From positions 246,264,001-246,328,000 of the forward strand of contig OZ024741.1 of assembly GCA_964016885.1 (NCBI GenBank): a stretch of DNA of 64,000 nt. The letters are read 5' to 3'. The notes beneath the pieces were generated by a model, which was not told where the DNA came from, did no database searches, and saw only the letters and a list, made by a program, of their open reading frames with translations. The translations under genes were made by a program, and so were the position numbers. Each line of letters opens with the position of its first letter. The first letter of the stretch is position 1. The stretch is from Eledone cirrhosa. Lineage: Eukaryota. Positions 30,101 through 44,294 of this stretch are shown piece by piece.

Positions 30101-32330
30101 CAAATTATCTACCCCTGATTTTTTTTTACAAATTATCTCCCCCTGATTTTTTTTACAAATTATCTCCCCCTGATTTTTTTTTTTACAAATTATCTCCCCC
30201 TGATTTTTTTACAAATTATCTCCCCCTGATTTTTTTTACAAATTATCTCCGCCGGATTTTTTTAAATATTATCTTCCCTTGGCTGGCGGGAAATTATCTC
30301 CCCTTGGACGGCTGAAAATTATCTCCCCTTGGACGGCTGGAAATTATCTCCCCTTGGAAGGATGGAAATTATCTCCCCTTGCACGGCTGGAAATTATCTC
30401 CCCTTGGCTGGAAATTATCTCCCCTTGGACGGCTAGAAATTATCTCTCTTTGGACGGCTGGAAATTATCTCCCTTTGATTTTTTTTACAAATTATCTCCC
30501 TCTGATTTTTTTTACAAATCTCCCCCTGATTTTTTTAAAAAAATTATCTCCCCTTCGCTGGCTGGAAATTATCTTCCCTTGGACGGCTGGAAATTATCTC
30601 CCCTTGATTTTTTTTACAAATTATCTCCGCCTGATTTTTTTTTAAAATTATCTCTCCTTGGACGGCTGGAAATTATCTCCCCTTGATTTTTTTTACAAAT
30701 AATCTCCCCCTGATTTTTTTTTACAAATTATCTCCCCCTGATTTTTTTTTACAAATTATCTACCCCTGATTTTTTTTACAAATTATCTCCCCCTGATTTT
30801 TTTTACAAATTATCTCCCCCTGATTTTTCTTTTACAAATTATCTCCCCCTGATTTTTTTACAAATTATCTCCCCCTGATTTTTTTTACAAATTGTCTCTG
30901 CCTGATTTTTTTAAATATTATCTTCCCGTGGCTGGCGGGAAATTACCTCCCCTTGGACGGCTGGAAATTATCTGTCCTTGATTTTCTTTTTACAAATTAT
31001 CTTCCACTGATTTTTTTTACAAATTATCTCCACCTGATTTTTTTAAAAATTATCTCCCCTTGGAAGGCTGGAAATTATCTCCCCTTGGCTGGAAATTATC
31101 TCCCCTTGGACGGCTAGAAATTATCTCTCTTTGGACGGCTGGAAATTATCACCCCTTGAGTTTTTTACAAATTATCTCCCCCTGATTTTTTTTACAAATC
31201 TCCCAGTGATTTTTAAAAAAAAATTATCTCCCCTTCGCTGGCTGGAAATTATCTCCCCTTGGACGCTGGAAATTATAGCCCCTTGGAGGGCTGGAAATTA
31301 TCTTCCCTTGGACGGCTGGAAATTATCTCCCCTTGATTTTTTTTACAAATTATCTCCCCCTGATTTTTTTTTACAAATTATCTTCCCCTGATTGTTTTTT
31401 ACAACTTATCTGCGCCTGATTTTTTTAAAAAAATTATCTCCCCTCGGACGGCTGGAAATTATCTCTCCTTGGACGGCTAGAATTTACCTCTCCTTGGACG
31501 GCTGAAAATTATCTCCCCTTGGACGGCTGGAAATTATCTCCCCTTGATTTTTTTTACAAATTATCTACCCCTGATTTTTTTTACAAATTATCTCCCCCTG
31601 ATTTTTTTTACAAATTATCTCCCCCTGATTTTTTTTTTACAAATTATCTCCCCCTGATTTTTTTACAAATTATCTCCCCCTGATTTTTTTTACAAATTAT
31701 CTCCGCCGGATTTTTTTAAATATTATCTTCCCTTGGCTTGCGGGAAATTATCTCCCCTTGGACGGCTGAAAATTATCTCCCCTTGGACGGCTGGAAATTA
31801 TCTCCCCTTGATTTTTTTTACAAATTATCTCCCCCTGACTTTTTTTTACAAATTATCTCCCCCTGATTTTTTTTACAAATTATCTCCCCCTGATTTTTTT
31901 ACAAATTATCTCCCCTTGGCTGGCTGGAAATTACCTCCCCTTGTAGGCTGGAATTTATCTCCCCTTGGACGGCTAGAAATTACCTCTACTTGGACGGCTG
32001 GAAAATATGTCTCCTTGGACGGCTGGATATTATCTCCCCTTGGACGGCTGGAAATTATCTCCCCTTGGACGGCTGGAAATTATCTCCCCTTGATTTTTTT
32101 TACAAATTATCTCCCCCTGATTTTTTTACAAATCTCCCAGTGATTTTTAAAAAAAAATTATCTTCCCTTCGCTGGCTGGAAATTATCTCCCCTTGGACGC
32201 TGGAAATTATAGCCCCTTGGAGGGCTGGAAATTATCTTCCCTTGGACGGCTGGAAATTATCTCCCCTTGATTTTTTTTACAAATTATCTCCCCCTGATTT
32301 TTTTTTACAAATTATCTCCCCCTGATTTTT
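15167..32330 (+). repeat. 8,523/8,549-bp higher-order tandem duplication (15167-23689 and 23690-~32238)
   Basis: Offset 8523 for ORFs 15644/24167 through 21354/29877, then 8549 (one extra 26-bp monomer) for 21730/30279 through 23441/31990. Shared rare variants include TTCACTGG and TATAGCCGCTTG (~20750-20800 and ~29273-29323). Confidence 0.92.
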
Positions 32331-32839
32331 TTTTACAACTTATCTGCGCCTGATTTTTTTAAAAAAATTATCTCCCCTTGGACGGCTGGAAATTATCTCC
32401 CCTTGGACGGCTGGAAATTATCTCTCCTTGGACGGCTAGAATTTACCTCTCCTTGGACGGCTGAAAATTATCTCCCCTTGGACGGCTGGAAATTATCTCC
32501 CCTTGATTTTTTTTACAAATTATCTCCCCCTGATTTTTTTTTACAAATTATCTCCCCCTGATTTTTTTTTACAAATTATCTCCCCCTGATTTTTTTTTAC
32601 AAATTATCTCCCCCTGATTTTTTTTACAAATTATCTCCCCCTGATTTTTTTACAAATTATCTCCCCTTGGCTGGCTGGAAATTATCTCCCCTTGGAGGCT
32701 GGAACTTATCTCCCCTTGGACGGCTAGAAATTACCTCTCCTTGGACGGCTGAAAATTATCTCCCCTTGGACGGCTGGAAATTATCTCCCCTTGATTTTTT
32801 TACAAATTATCTCCCCCTGATTTTTTTTTACAAATTATC

Positions 32840-35800
32840 TACCCCTGATTTTTTTTTACAAATTATCTCCCCCTGATTTTTTTTACAAATTATCTCCCCC
32901 TGATTTTTTTTACAAATTATCTCCCCCTGATTTTTTTTTACAAATTATCTCCCCCTGATTTTTTTACAAATTATCTCCCCCTGATTTTTTTTACAAATTA
33001 TCTCCGCCTGATTTTTTAAAATATTATCTCCCCTTGGACGGCTGGAAATTATCTGCCCTTGATTTTCTTTTTACAAATTAACTTCCACTGATTTTTTTTA
33101 CAAATTATCTCCACCTGATTTTTTTAAAAATTATCTCCCCTTGGAAGGCTGGAAATTATCTCCCCTTGGCTGGAAATTATCTCCCCTTGGACGGCTAGAA
33201 ATTATCTCTCTTTGGACGGCTGGAAATTATCACCCCTTGAGTTTTTTACAAATTATCTCCCCCTGATTTTTTTTACAAATCTCCCAGTGATTTTTAAAAA
33301 AAAATTATCTTCCCTTCGCTGGCTGGAAATTATCTCCCCTTGGACGCTGGAAATTATAGCCCCTTGGAGGGCTGGAAATTATCTTCCCTTGGACGGCTGG
33401 AAATTATCTCCCCTTGATTTTTTTTACAAATTATCTCCCCCTGATTTTTTTTTACAAATTATCTCCTCCTGATTTTTTTTACAACTTATCTGCGCCTGAT
33501 TTTTTTAAAAAAATTATCTCCCCTCGGACGGCTGGAAATTATCTCCCCTTGGACGGCTGGAAATTATCTCTCCTTGGACGGCTGAAAATTATCTCCCCTT
33601 GGACGGCTGGAAATTATCTCCCCTTGATTTTTTTTACAAATTATCTCCCCCTGATTTTTTTTACAAATTATCTCCCCCTGATTTTTTTTTACAAATTATC
33701 TCCCCCTGATTTTTTTTACAAATTATCTCCCCCTGATTTTTTTACAAATTATCTCCCCTTGGCTGGCTGGAAATTATCTCCCCTTGGAGGCTGGAACTTA
33801 TCTCCCCTTGGACGGCTAGAAATTACCTCTCCTTGGACGGCTGGAAAATATGTCTCCTTGGACGGCTGGATATTATCTCACCTTGGACGGCTAGAAATTA
33901 TCTCCCCTTGGACGGCAGGAAATTATCTCCCCTTGGATGGCTAGATATTACCTCCCCTTGGACGGCTGGAAATTATCTCCCCTTGATTTTTTTTACAAAT
34001 TATCTGCCCCTGATTTTTTTTTACAAATTATCTCCCCCTGATTTTTTTTTACAAATTATCTCCCCCTGATTTTTTTTTTAAAATTATCTCCCCTTGGACG
34101 GCTGGAAATTATCTCCCCTTGGACGGCTAGAAATTACCTCTCCTTGGACGGCTGAAAATTATCTCCCCTTGGACGGCTGGAAATTATCTCCCCTTGATTT
34201 TTTTACAAATTATTTCCGCCTGATTTTTTTTTACAAATTATCTCCCCCTGATTTTTTTTTACAAATTATCTACCCCTGATTTTTTTTTACAAATTATCTC
34301 CCCCTGATTTTTTTTTACAAATTATCTACCCCTGATTTTTTTTACAAATTATCTCCCCCTGATTTTTTTTACAAATTATCTCCCCCTGATTTTTTTTTTT
34401 ACAAATTATCTCCCCCTGATTTTTTTACAAATTATCTCCCCCTGATTTTTTTTACAAATTATCTCCGCCGGATTTTTTTAAATATTATCTTCCCTTGGCT
34501 GGCGGGAAATTATCTCCCCTTGGACGGCTGAAAATTATCTCCCCTTGGACGGCTGGAAATTATCTCCCCTTGATTTTTTTTACAAATTATCTCCCCCTGA
34601 CTTTTTTTTACAAATTATCTCCCCCTGATTTTTTTTACAAATTATCTCCCCCTGATTTTTTTACAAATTATCTCCCCTTGGCTGGCTGGAAATTACCTCC
34701 CCTTGTAGGCTGGAATTTATCTCCCCTTGGACGGCTAGAAATTACCTCTACTTGGACGGCTGGAAAATATGTCTCCTTGGACGGCTGGATATTATCTCCC
34801 CTTGGACGGCTGGAAATTATCTCCCCTTGGACGGCTGGAAATTATCTCCCCTTGATTTTTTTTACAAATTATCTCCCCCTGATTTTTTTACAAATCTCCC
34901 AGTGATTTTTAAAAAAAAATTATCTTCCCTTCGCTGGCTGGAAATTATCTCCCCTTGGACGCTTGAAATTATAGCCCCTTGGAGGGCTGGAAATTATCTT
35001 CCCTTGGACGGCTGGAAATTATCTCCCCTTGATTTTTTTTACAAATTATCTCCCCCTGATTTTTTTTTACAAATTATCTCCCCCTGATTTTTTTTTACAA
35101 CTTATCTGCGCCTGATTTTTTTAAAAAAATTATCTCCCCTTGGACGGCTGGAAATTATCTCCCCTTGGACGGCTGGAAATTATCTCTCCTTGGACGGCTA
35201 GAATTTACCTCTCCTTGGACGGCTGAAAATTATCTCCCCTTGGACGGCTGGAAATTATCTCCCCTTGATTTTTTTTACAAATTATCTCCCCCTGATTTTT
35301 TTTTACAAATTATCTCCCCCTGATTTTTTTTTACAAATTATCTCCCCCTGATTTTTTTTTACAAATTATCTCCCCCTGATTTTTTTTACAAATTATCTCC
35401 CCCTGATTTTTTTACAAATTATCTCCCCTTGGCTGGCTGGAAATTATCTCCCCTTGGAGGCTGGAACTTATCTCCCCTTGGACGGCTAGAAATTACCTCT
35501 CCTTGGACGGCTGAAAATTATCTCCCCTTGGACGGCTGGAAATTATCTCCCCTTGATTTTTTTACAAATTATCTCCCCCTGATTTTTTTTTACAAATTAT
35601 CTCCCCCTGATTTTTTTTTACAAATTATCTACCCCTGATTTTTTTTACAAATTATCTCCCCCTGATTTTTTTTTACAAATTATCTACCCCTGATTTTTTT
35701 TACAAATTATCTCCCCCCGATTTTTTTTACAAATTATCTCCCCTTGATTTTTTTTTTTACAAATTATCTCCCCCTGATTTTTTTACAAATTATCTCCCCC

Positions 35801-36960
35801 TGATTTTTTTTACAAATTATCTCCGCCGGATTTTTTTAAATATTATCTTCCCTTGGCTGGCGGGAAATTATCTCCCCTTGGACGGCTGAAAATTATCTCC
35901 CCTTGGACGGCTGGAAATTATCTCCCCTTGATTTTTTTTACAAATTATCTCCCCCTGATTTTTTTTTACAAATTATCTCCCCCTGATTTTTTTACAAATT
36001 ATCTCCCCTTGGCTGGCTGGAAATTACCTCCCCTTGTAGGCTGGAATTTATCTCCCCTTGGACGGCTAGAAATTACCTCTCCTTGGACGGCTGGAAAATA
36101 TGTCTCCTTGGACGGCTGGATATTATCTCCCCTTGGATGGCTGGAAATTATCTCCCCTTGGACGGCTGGAAATTATCTCCCCTTGATTTTTTTTACAAAT
36201 TATCTCCTCCTGATTTTTTTTACAAATCTCCCAATGATTTTTTAAAAAAAATTATCTCCCCTTCGCTGGCTGGAAATTATCTCCCCTTGGACGCTGGAAA
36301 TTATAGCCCCTTGGAGGGCTGGAAATTATCTTCCCTTGGACGGCTGGAAATTATCTCCCCTTGATTTTTTTTACAAATTATCTCCCCCTGATTTTTTTTT
36401 ACAAATTATCTCCCCCTGATTTTTTTTTACAAATTATCTCCCCCTGATTTTTTATTTACAAATTATCTCCGCCTGATTTTTTTTTAAAAATTACCTCCCC
36501 TTGGACGGCTGGAAATTATCTCCCCTTGGACGGCTGGAAATTATCTCCCCTTGGACGGCTAGAAATTATCTCTCCTTGGACGGCTGAAAATTATCTCCCC
36601 TTGGACGGCTGCAAATTATCTCCCCTTGATTTTTTTTACAAATTATCTCCCCCTGATTTTTTTTACAAATTATCTCCCCCTGATTTTTTTTACAAATTAT
36701 CTACCCCTGATTTTTTTTACAAATTATCTCCCCCTGATTTTTTTTTACAAATTATCTCCCCCTGATTTTTTTTACAAATTATCTCCGCCTGATTTTTTTA
36801 AATATTATCTTCCCTTGGCTGGCGGGAAATTATCTCCCCTTGGACGGCTGGAAATTATCTGCCCTTGATTTTTTTTACAAATTATCTCCCCCTGATTTTT
36901 TTTTTACAAATTATCTCCCCCTAATTTTTTTTTACAAATTATCTCCCCCTGATTTTTTTT
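32840..36960 (+). repeat. Partial (~4.1 kb), more diverged third copy of the first half of the 8.5-kb unit
   Basis: Offset 9045/9044 for ORFs 24167/33212 through 27582/36626. Private variants at ~33467, ~33525 and ~34964. Confidence 0.85.
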
Positions 36961-38307
36961 ACAAATTATCTCCCTCTGATTTTTTTACAAATTATCTCCC
37001 CTTGGCTGGCTGGAAATTATCTCCCCTTGGACGGCTAGAAATTACCTCTCCTTGGACGGCTGGAAAATATGTCTCCTTGGACGGCTGGATATTATCTCCC
37101 CTTGGACGGCTGGAAATTATCTCCCCTTGGACGGCTGGAAATTATCTCCCCTTGGACGGATAGATATTACCTCCCCTTGGACGGCTGGAAATTATCTCCC
37201 CTTGATTTTTTTACAAATTATCTCCCCCTGATTTATTTTACAAATCTCCCAATGATTTAAAAAAAAAAATTATCTCCCCTTCGCTGGCTGGAAATTATCT
37301 CCCCTTGGACGCTGGAAATTATAGCCCCTTGGAGGGCTGGAAATTATCTTCCCTTGGACGGCTGGAAATTATCTCCCCTTGATTTTTTTTACAAATTATC
37401 TCCCCCTGATTTTTTTTACAAATTATCTCCCCCTGATTTTTTTTACAAATTATCTACCCCTGATTTTTTTTACAAATTATCTCCCCCTGATTTTTTTTTA
37501 CAAATTATCTCCCCCTGATTTTTTTTTACAAATTATCTCCCCCTGATTTTTTTTACAAATTGTCTCTGCCTGATTTTTTTAAATATTATCTTCCCGTGGC
37601 TGGCGGGAAATTACCTCCCCTTGGACGGCTGGAAATTATCTGTCCTTGATTTTCTTTTTACAAATTATCTTCCACTGATTTTTTTTACAAATTATCTCCA
37701 CCTGATTTTTAAAAAAATTATCTCCCCTTGGAAGGCTGGAAATTATCTCCCCTTGGCTGGAAATTATCTCCCCTTGGACGGCTAGAAATTATCTCTCTTT
37801 GGACGGCTGGAAATTATCACCCCTTGAGTTTTTTACAAATTATCTCCCCCTGATTTTTTTTACAAATCTCCCAGTGATTTTTAAAAAAAAATTATCTCCC
37901 CTTCGCTGGCTGGAAATTATCTCCCCTTGGACGCTGGAAATTATAGCCCCTTGGAGGGCTGGAAATTATCTTCCCTTGGACGGCTGGAAATTATCTCCCC
38001 TTGATTTTTTTTACAAATTATCTCCCCCTGATTTTTTTTTACAAATTATCTCCCCCTGATTTTTTTTACAACTTATCTGCGCCTGATTTTTTTAAAAAAA
38101 TTATCTCCCCTCGGACGGCTGGAAATTATCTCTCCTTGGACGGCTAGAATTTACCTCTCCTTGGACGGCTGAAAATTATCTCCCCTTGGACGGCTGGAAA
38201 TTATCTCCCCTTGATTTTTTTTACAAATTATCTCCCCCTGATTTTTTTTTACAAATTATCTCCCCCTGATTTTTTTTTACAAATTATCTCCCCCCTGAAT
38301 TTTTTAC

Positions 38308-40190
38308 AAATTATCTCCCCTTGGCTGGCTGGAAATTATCTCCCCTTGGAGGCTGGAACTTATCTCCCCTTGGACGGCTAGAAATTACCTCTCCTTGGAC
38401 GGCTGGAAAATATGTCTCCTTGGACGGCTGGATATTATCTCCCCTTGGACGGCTGGAAATTATCTCCCCTTGGACGGCTGGAAATTATCTCCCCTTGGAT
38501 GGCTAGATATTACCTCCCCTTGGACGGCTGGAAATTATCTCCCCTTGATTTTTTTTACAAATTATCTCCCCCTGATTTTTTTTTACAAATTATCTCCCCC
38601 TGATTTTTTTTAAAAAATTATCTCCCCCTGATTTTTGTTTACAAATTATCTCCGCCTGATTTTTTTTAAAAAATTATCTCCCCTTGGACGGCTGGAAATT
38701 ATCTCCCCTTGGACGGCTGGAAATTATATCTCCTTGGACGGCTAGAATTTACCTCTCCTTGGACGGCTGAAAATTATCTCCCCTTGGACGGCTGGAAATT
38801 ATCTCCCCTTGATTTTTTTTACAAATTATCTCCCCCTGATTTTTTTTTACAAATTATCTCCCCCTGATTTTTTTTTACAAATTATCTCCCCCTGATTTTT
38901 TTTTACAAATTATCTCCCCCTGATTTTTTTACAAATTATCTCCCCTTGGCTGGCTGGAAATTATCTCCCCTTGGAGGCTGGAACTTATCTCCCCTTGGAC
39001 GGCTAGAAATTACCTCTCCTTGGACGGCTGGAAAATATGTCTCCTTGGACGGCTGGATATTATCTCCCCTTGGACGGCTGGAAATTATCTCCCCTTGGAC
39101 GGCTGGAAATTATCTCCCCTTGGATGGCTAGATATTACCTCCCCTTGGACGGCTGGAAATTATCTCCCCTTGATTTTTTTTACAAATTATCTCCCCCTGA
39201 TTTTTTTTTACAAATTATCTCCCCCTGATTTTTTTTTACAAATTATCTCCCCCTGATTTTTGTTTACAAATTATCTCCGCCTGATTTTTTTTTTAAAATT
39301 ATCTCCCCTTGGACGGCTGGAAATTATCTCCCCTTGGACGGCTAGAAATTACCTCTCCTTGGACGGCTGAAAATTATCTCCCCTTGGACGGCTGGAAATT
39401 ATCTCCCCTTGATTTTTTTACAAATTATCTCCCCCTGATTTTTTTTTTACAAATTATCTCCCCCTGATTTTTTTTTTACAAATTATCTCCCCCTAATTTT
39501 TTTTTACAAATTATCTCCCCCTGATTTTTTTTACAAATTATCTCCCCCCTGATTTTTTTACAAATTATCTCCCCTTGGCTGGCTGGAAATTATCTCCCCT
39601 TGGAGGCTGGAACTTATCTCCCCTTGGACGGCTAGAAATTACCTCTCCTTGGACGGCTGGAAAATATGTCTCCTTGGACGGCTGGATATTATCTCCCCTT
39701 GGACGGCTGGAAATTATCTCCCCTTGGACGGCTGGAAATTATCTCCCCTTGGATGGCTAGATATTACCTCCCCTTGGACGGCTGGAAATTATCTCCCCTT
39801 GATTTTTTTTACAAATTATCTCCCCCTAATTTTTTTTTACAAATTATCTCCCCCTGATATTTTAAAAAAAATTATCTCCCCCTGATTTTTGTTTACAAAT
39901 TATCTCCGCCTGATTTTTTTTAAAAAATTATCTCCCCTTGGACGGCTGGAAATTATCTCCCCTTGGACGGCTGGAAATTATATCTCCTTGGACGGCTAGA
40001 ATTTACCTCTCCTTGGACGGCTGAAAATTATCTCCCCTTGATTTTTTTACAAATTATCTCCCCCTGATTTTTTTTTACAAATTATCTCCCTCTGATTTTT
40101 TTTTACAAATTATCTCCCCCTGATTTTTTTTTACAAATTATCTCCCCCTGATTTTTGTTTACAAATTATCTCCGCCTGATTTTTTTTTTA
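38308..40190 (+). repeat. Copy of the ~625-bp x3 block
   Basis: Identical ORFs at 38321, 38946 and 39575. Confidence 0.88.
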
Positions 40191-43100
40191 AAATTATCTC
40201 CCCTTGGACGGCTGGAAATTATCTCCCCTCGGACGGCTAGAAATTACCTCTCCTTGGACGGCTGAAAATTATCTCCCCTTGGACGGCTGGAAATTATCTC
40301 CCCTTGATTTTTTTACAAATTATCTCCCCCTGATTTTTTTTTACAAATTATCTCCCCCTGATTTTTTTTTAGAAATTATCTACCCCTGATTTTTTTTACA
40401 AATTATCTCCCCCTGATTTTTTTTTACAAATTATCTACCCCTGATTTTTTTTACAAATTATCTCCCCCTGATTTTTTTTACAAATTATCTCCCCCTGATT
40501 TTTTTTTTACAAATTATCTCCCCCTGATTTTTTTACAAATTATCTCCCCCTGATTTTTTTTACAAATTATCTCCGCCGGATTTTTTTAAATATTATCTTC
40601 CCTTGGCTTGCGGGAAATTATCTCCCCTTGGACAGCTGAAAATTATCTCCCCTTGGACGGCTGGAAATTATCTCCCCTTGATTTTTTTTACAAATTATCT
40701 CCCCCTGATTTTTTTTTACAAATTATCTCCCCCTGATTTTTTTTACAAATTATCTCCCCCTGATTTTTTTTTACAAATTATCTCCCCCTGATTTTTTTTA
40801 CAAATTATCTCCCCCTGATTTTTTTTACAAATTATCTCCCCCTGATTTTTTTTTACAAATTATCTCCCCCTGATTTTTTTACAAATTATCTCCCCCTGAT
40901 TTTTTTTACAAATTATCTCCGCCTGATTTTTTAAAATATTATCTCCCCTTGGACGGCTGGAAATTATCTGCCCTTGATTTTCTTTTTACAAATTAACTTC
41001 CACTGATTTTTTTTACAAATTATCTCCACCTGATTTTTTTAAAAATTATCTCCCCTTGGAAGGCTGGAAATTATCTCCCCTTGGCTGGAAATTATCTCCC
41101 CTTGGACGGCTAGAAATTATCTCTCTTTGGACGGCTGGAAATTATCACCCCTTGAGTTTTTTACAAATTATCTCCCCCTGATTTTTTTTACAAATCTCCC
41201 AGTGATTTTTAAAAAAAAATTATCTTCCCTTCGCTGGCTGGAAATTATCTCCCCTTGGACGCTGGAAATTATAGCCCCTTGGAGGGCTGGAAATTATCTT
41301 CCCTTGGACGGCTGGAAATTATCTCCCCTTGATTTTTTTTACAAATTATCTCCCCCTGATTTTTTTTTACAAATTATCTCCCCCTGATTTTTTTTACAAC
41401 TTATCTGCGCCTGATTTTTTTAAAAAAATTATCTCCCCTTGGACGGCTGGAAATTATCTCCCCTTGGACGGCTGGAAATTATCTCTCCTTGGACGGCTGA
41501 AAATTATCTCCCCTTGGACGGCTGGAAATTATCTCCCCTTGATTTTTTTTACAAATTATCTCCCCCTGATTTTTTTTACAAATTATCTCCCCCTGATTTT
41601 TTTTTACAAATTATCTCCCCCTGATTTTTTTTACAAATTATCTCCCCCTGATTTTTTTACAAATTATCTCCCCTTGGCTGGCTGGAAATTATCTCCCCTT
41701 GGAGGCTGGAACTTATCTCCCCTTGGACGGCTAGAAATTACCTCTCCTTGGACGGCTGGAAAATATGTCTCCTTGGACGGCTGGATATTATCTCACCTTG
41801 GACGGCTAGAAATTATCTCCCCTTGGACGGCAGGAAATTATCTCCCCTTGGATGGCTAGATATTACCTCCCCTTGGACGGCTGGAAATTATCTCCCCTTG
41901 ATTTTTTTTACAAATTATCTGCCCCTGATTTTTTTTTACAAATTATCTCCCCCTGATTTTTTTTTACAAATTATCTCCCCCTGATTTTTTTTTTAAAATT
42001 ATCTCCCCTTGGACGGCTGGAAATTATCTCCCCTTGGACGGCTAGAAATTACCTCTCCTTGGACGGCTGAAAATTATCTCCCCTTGGACGGCTGGAAATT
42101 ATCTCCCCTTGATTTTTTTACAAATTATTTCCGCCTGATTTTTTTTTACAAATTATCTCCCCCTGATTTTTTTTTACAAATTATCTACCCCTGATTTTTT
42201 TTTACAAATTATCTCCCCCTGATTTTTTTTTACAAATTATCTACCCCTGATTTTTTTTACAAATTATCTCCCCCTGATTTTTTTTACAAATTATCTCCCC
42301 CTGATTTTTTTTTTTACAAATTATCTCCCCCTGATTTTTTTACAAATTATCTCCCCCTGATTTTTTTTACAAATTATCTCCGCCGGATTTTTTTAAATAT
42401 TATCTTCCCTTGGCTGGCGGGAAATTATCTCCCCTTGGACGGCTGAAAATTATCTCCCCTTGGACGGCTGGAAATTATCTCCCCTTGATTTTTTTTACAA
42501 ATTATCTCCCCCTGACTTTTTTTTACAAATTATCTCCCCCTGATTTTTTTTACAAATTATCTCCCCCTGATTTTTTTACAAATTATCTCCCCTTGGCTGG
42601 CTGGAAATTACCTCCCCTTGTAGGCTGGAATTTATCTCCCCTTGGACGGCTAGAAATTACCTCTACTTGGACGGCTGGAAAATATGTCTCCTTGGACGGC
42701 TGGATATTATCTCCCCTTGGACGGCTGGAAATTATCTCCCCTTGGACGGCTGGAAATTATCTCCCCTTGATTTTTTTTACAAATTATCTCCCCCTGATTT
42801 TTTTACAAATCTCCCAGTGATTTTTAAAAAAAAATTATCTTCCCTTCGCTGGCTGGAAATTATCTCCCCTTGGACGCTGGAAATTATAGCCCCTTGGAGG
42901 GCTGGAAATTATCTTCCCTTGGACGGCTGGAAATTATCTCCCCTTGATTTTTTTTACAAATTATCTCCCCCTGATTTTTTTTTACAAATTATCTCCCCCT
43001 GATTTTTTTTTACAACTTATCTGCGCCTGATTTTTTTAAAAAAATTATCTCCCCTTGGACGGCTGGAAATTATCTCCCCTTGGACGGCTGGAAATTATCT

Positions 43101-44294
43101 CTCCTTGGACGGCTAGAATTTACCTCTCCTTGGACGGCTGAAAATTATCTCCCCTTGGACGGCTGGAAATTATCTCCCCCTGATTTTTTAAAAAAAATTA
43201 TCTCCCCTTCGCTGGCTGGAAATTATCTTCCCTTGGACGGCTGGAAATTATCTCCCCTTGATTTTTTTTACAAATTATCTCCGCCTGATTTTTTTTAAAA
43301 ATTATCTCTCCTTGGACGGCTGGAAATTATCTCCCCTTGATTTTTTTTACAAATAATCTCCCCCTGATTTTTTTTTACAAATTATCTCCCCCTGATTTTT
43401 TTTTACAAATTATCTACCCCTGATTTTTTTTTACAAATTATCTCCCCCTGATTTTTTTTACAAATTATCTCCCCCTGATTTTTCTTTTACAAATTATCTC
43501 CCCCTGATTTTTTTACAAATTATCTCCCCCTGATTTTTTTTACAAATTGTCTCTGCCTGATTTTTTTAAATATTATCTTCCCGTGGCTGGCGGGAAATTA
43601 CCTCCCCTTGGACGGCTGGAAATTATCTGTCCTTGATTTTCTTTTTACAAATTATCTTCCACTGATTTTTTTTACAAATTATCTCCACCTGATTTTTAAA
43701 AAAATTATCTCCCCTTGGAAGGCTGGAAATTATCTCCCCTTGGCTGGAAATTATCTCCCCTTGGACGGCTAGAAATTATCTCTCTTTGGACGGCTGGAAA
43801 TTATCACCCCTTGAGTTTTTTACAAATTATCTCCCCCTGATTTTTTTTACAAATCTCCCAGTGATTTTTAAAAAAAAATTATCTCCCCTTCGCTGGCTGG
43901 AAATTATCTCCCCTTGGACGCTGGAAATTATAGCCCCTTGGAGGGCTGGAAATTATCTTCCCTTGGACGGCTGGAAATTATCTCCCCTTGATTTTTTTTA
44001 CAAATTATCTCCCCCTGATTTTTTTTTACAAATTATCTCCCCCTGATTTTTTTTACAACTTATCTGCGCCTGATTTTTTTAAAAAAATTATCTCCCCTCG
44101 GACGGCTGGAAATTATCTCTCCTTGGACGGCTAGAATTTACCTCTCCTTGGACGGCTGAAAATTATCTCCCCTTGGACGGCTGGAAATTATCTCCCCTTG
44201 ATTTTTTTTACAAATTATCTCCCCCTGATTTTTTTTTACAAATTATCTCCCCCTGATTTTTTTTTACAAATTATCTCCCCCCTGAATTTTTTAC

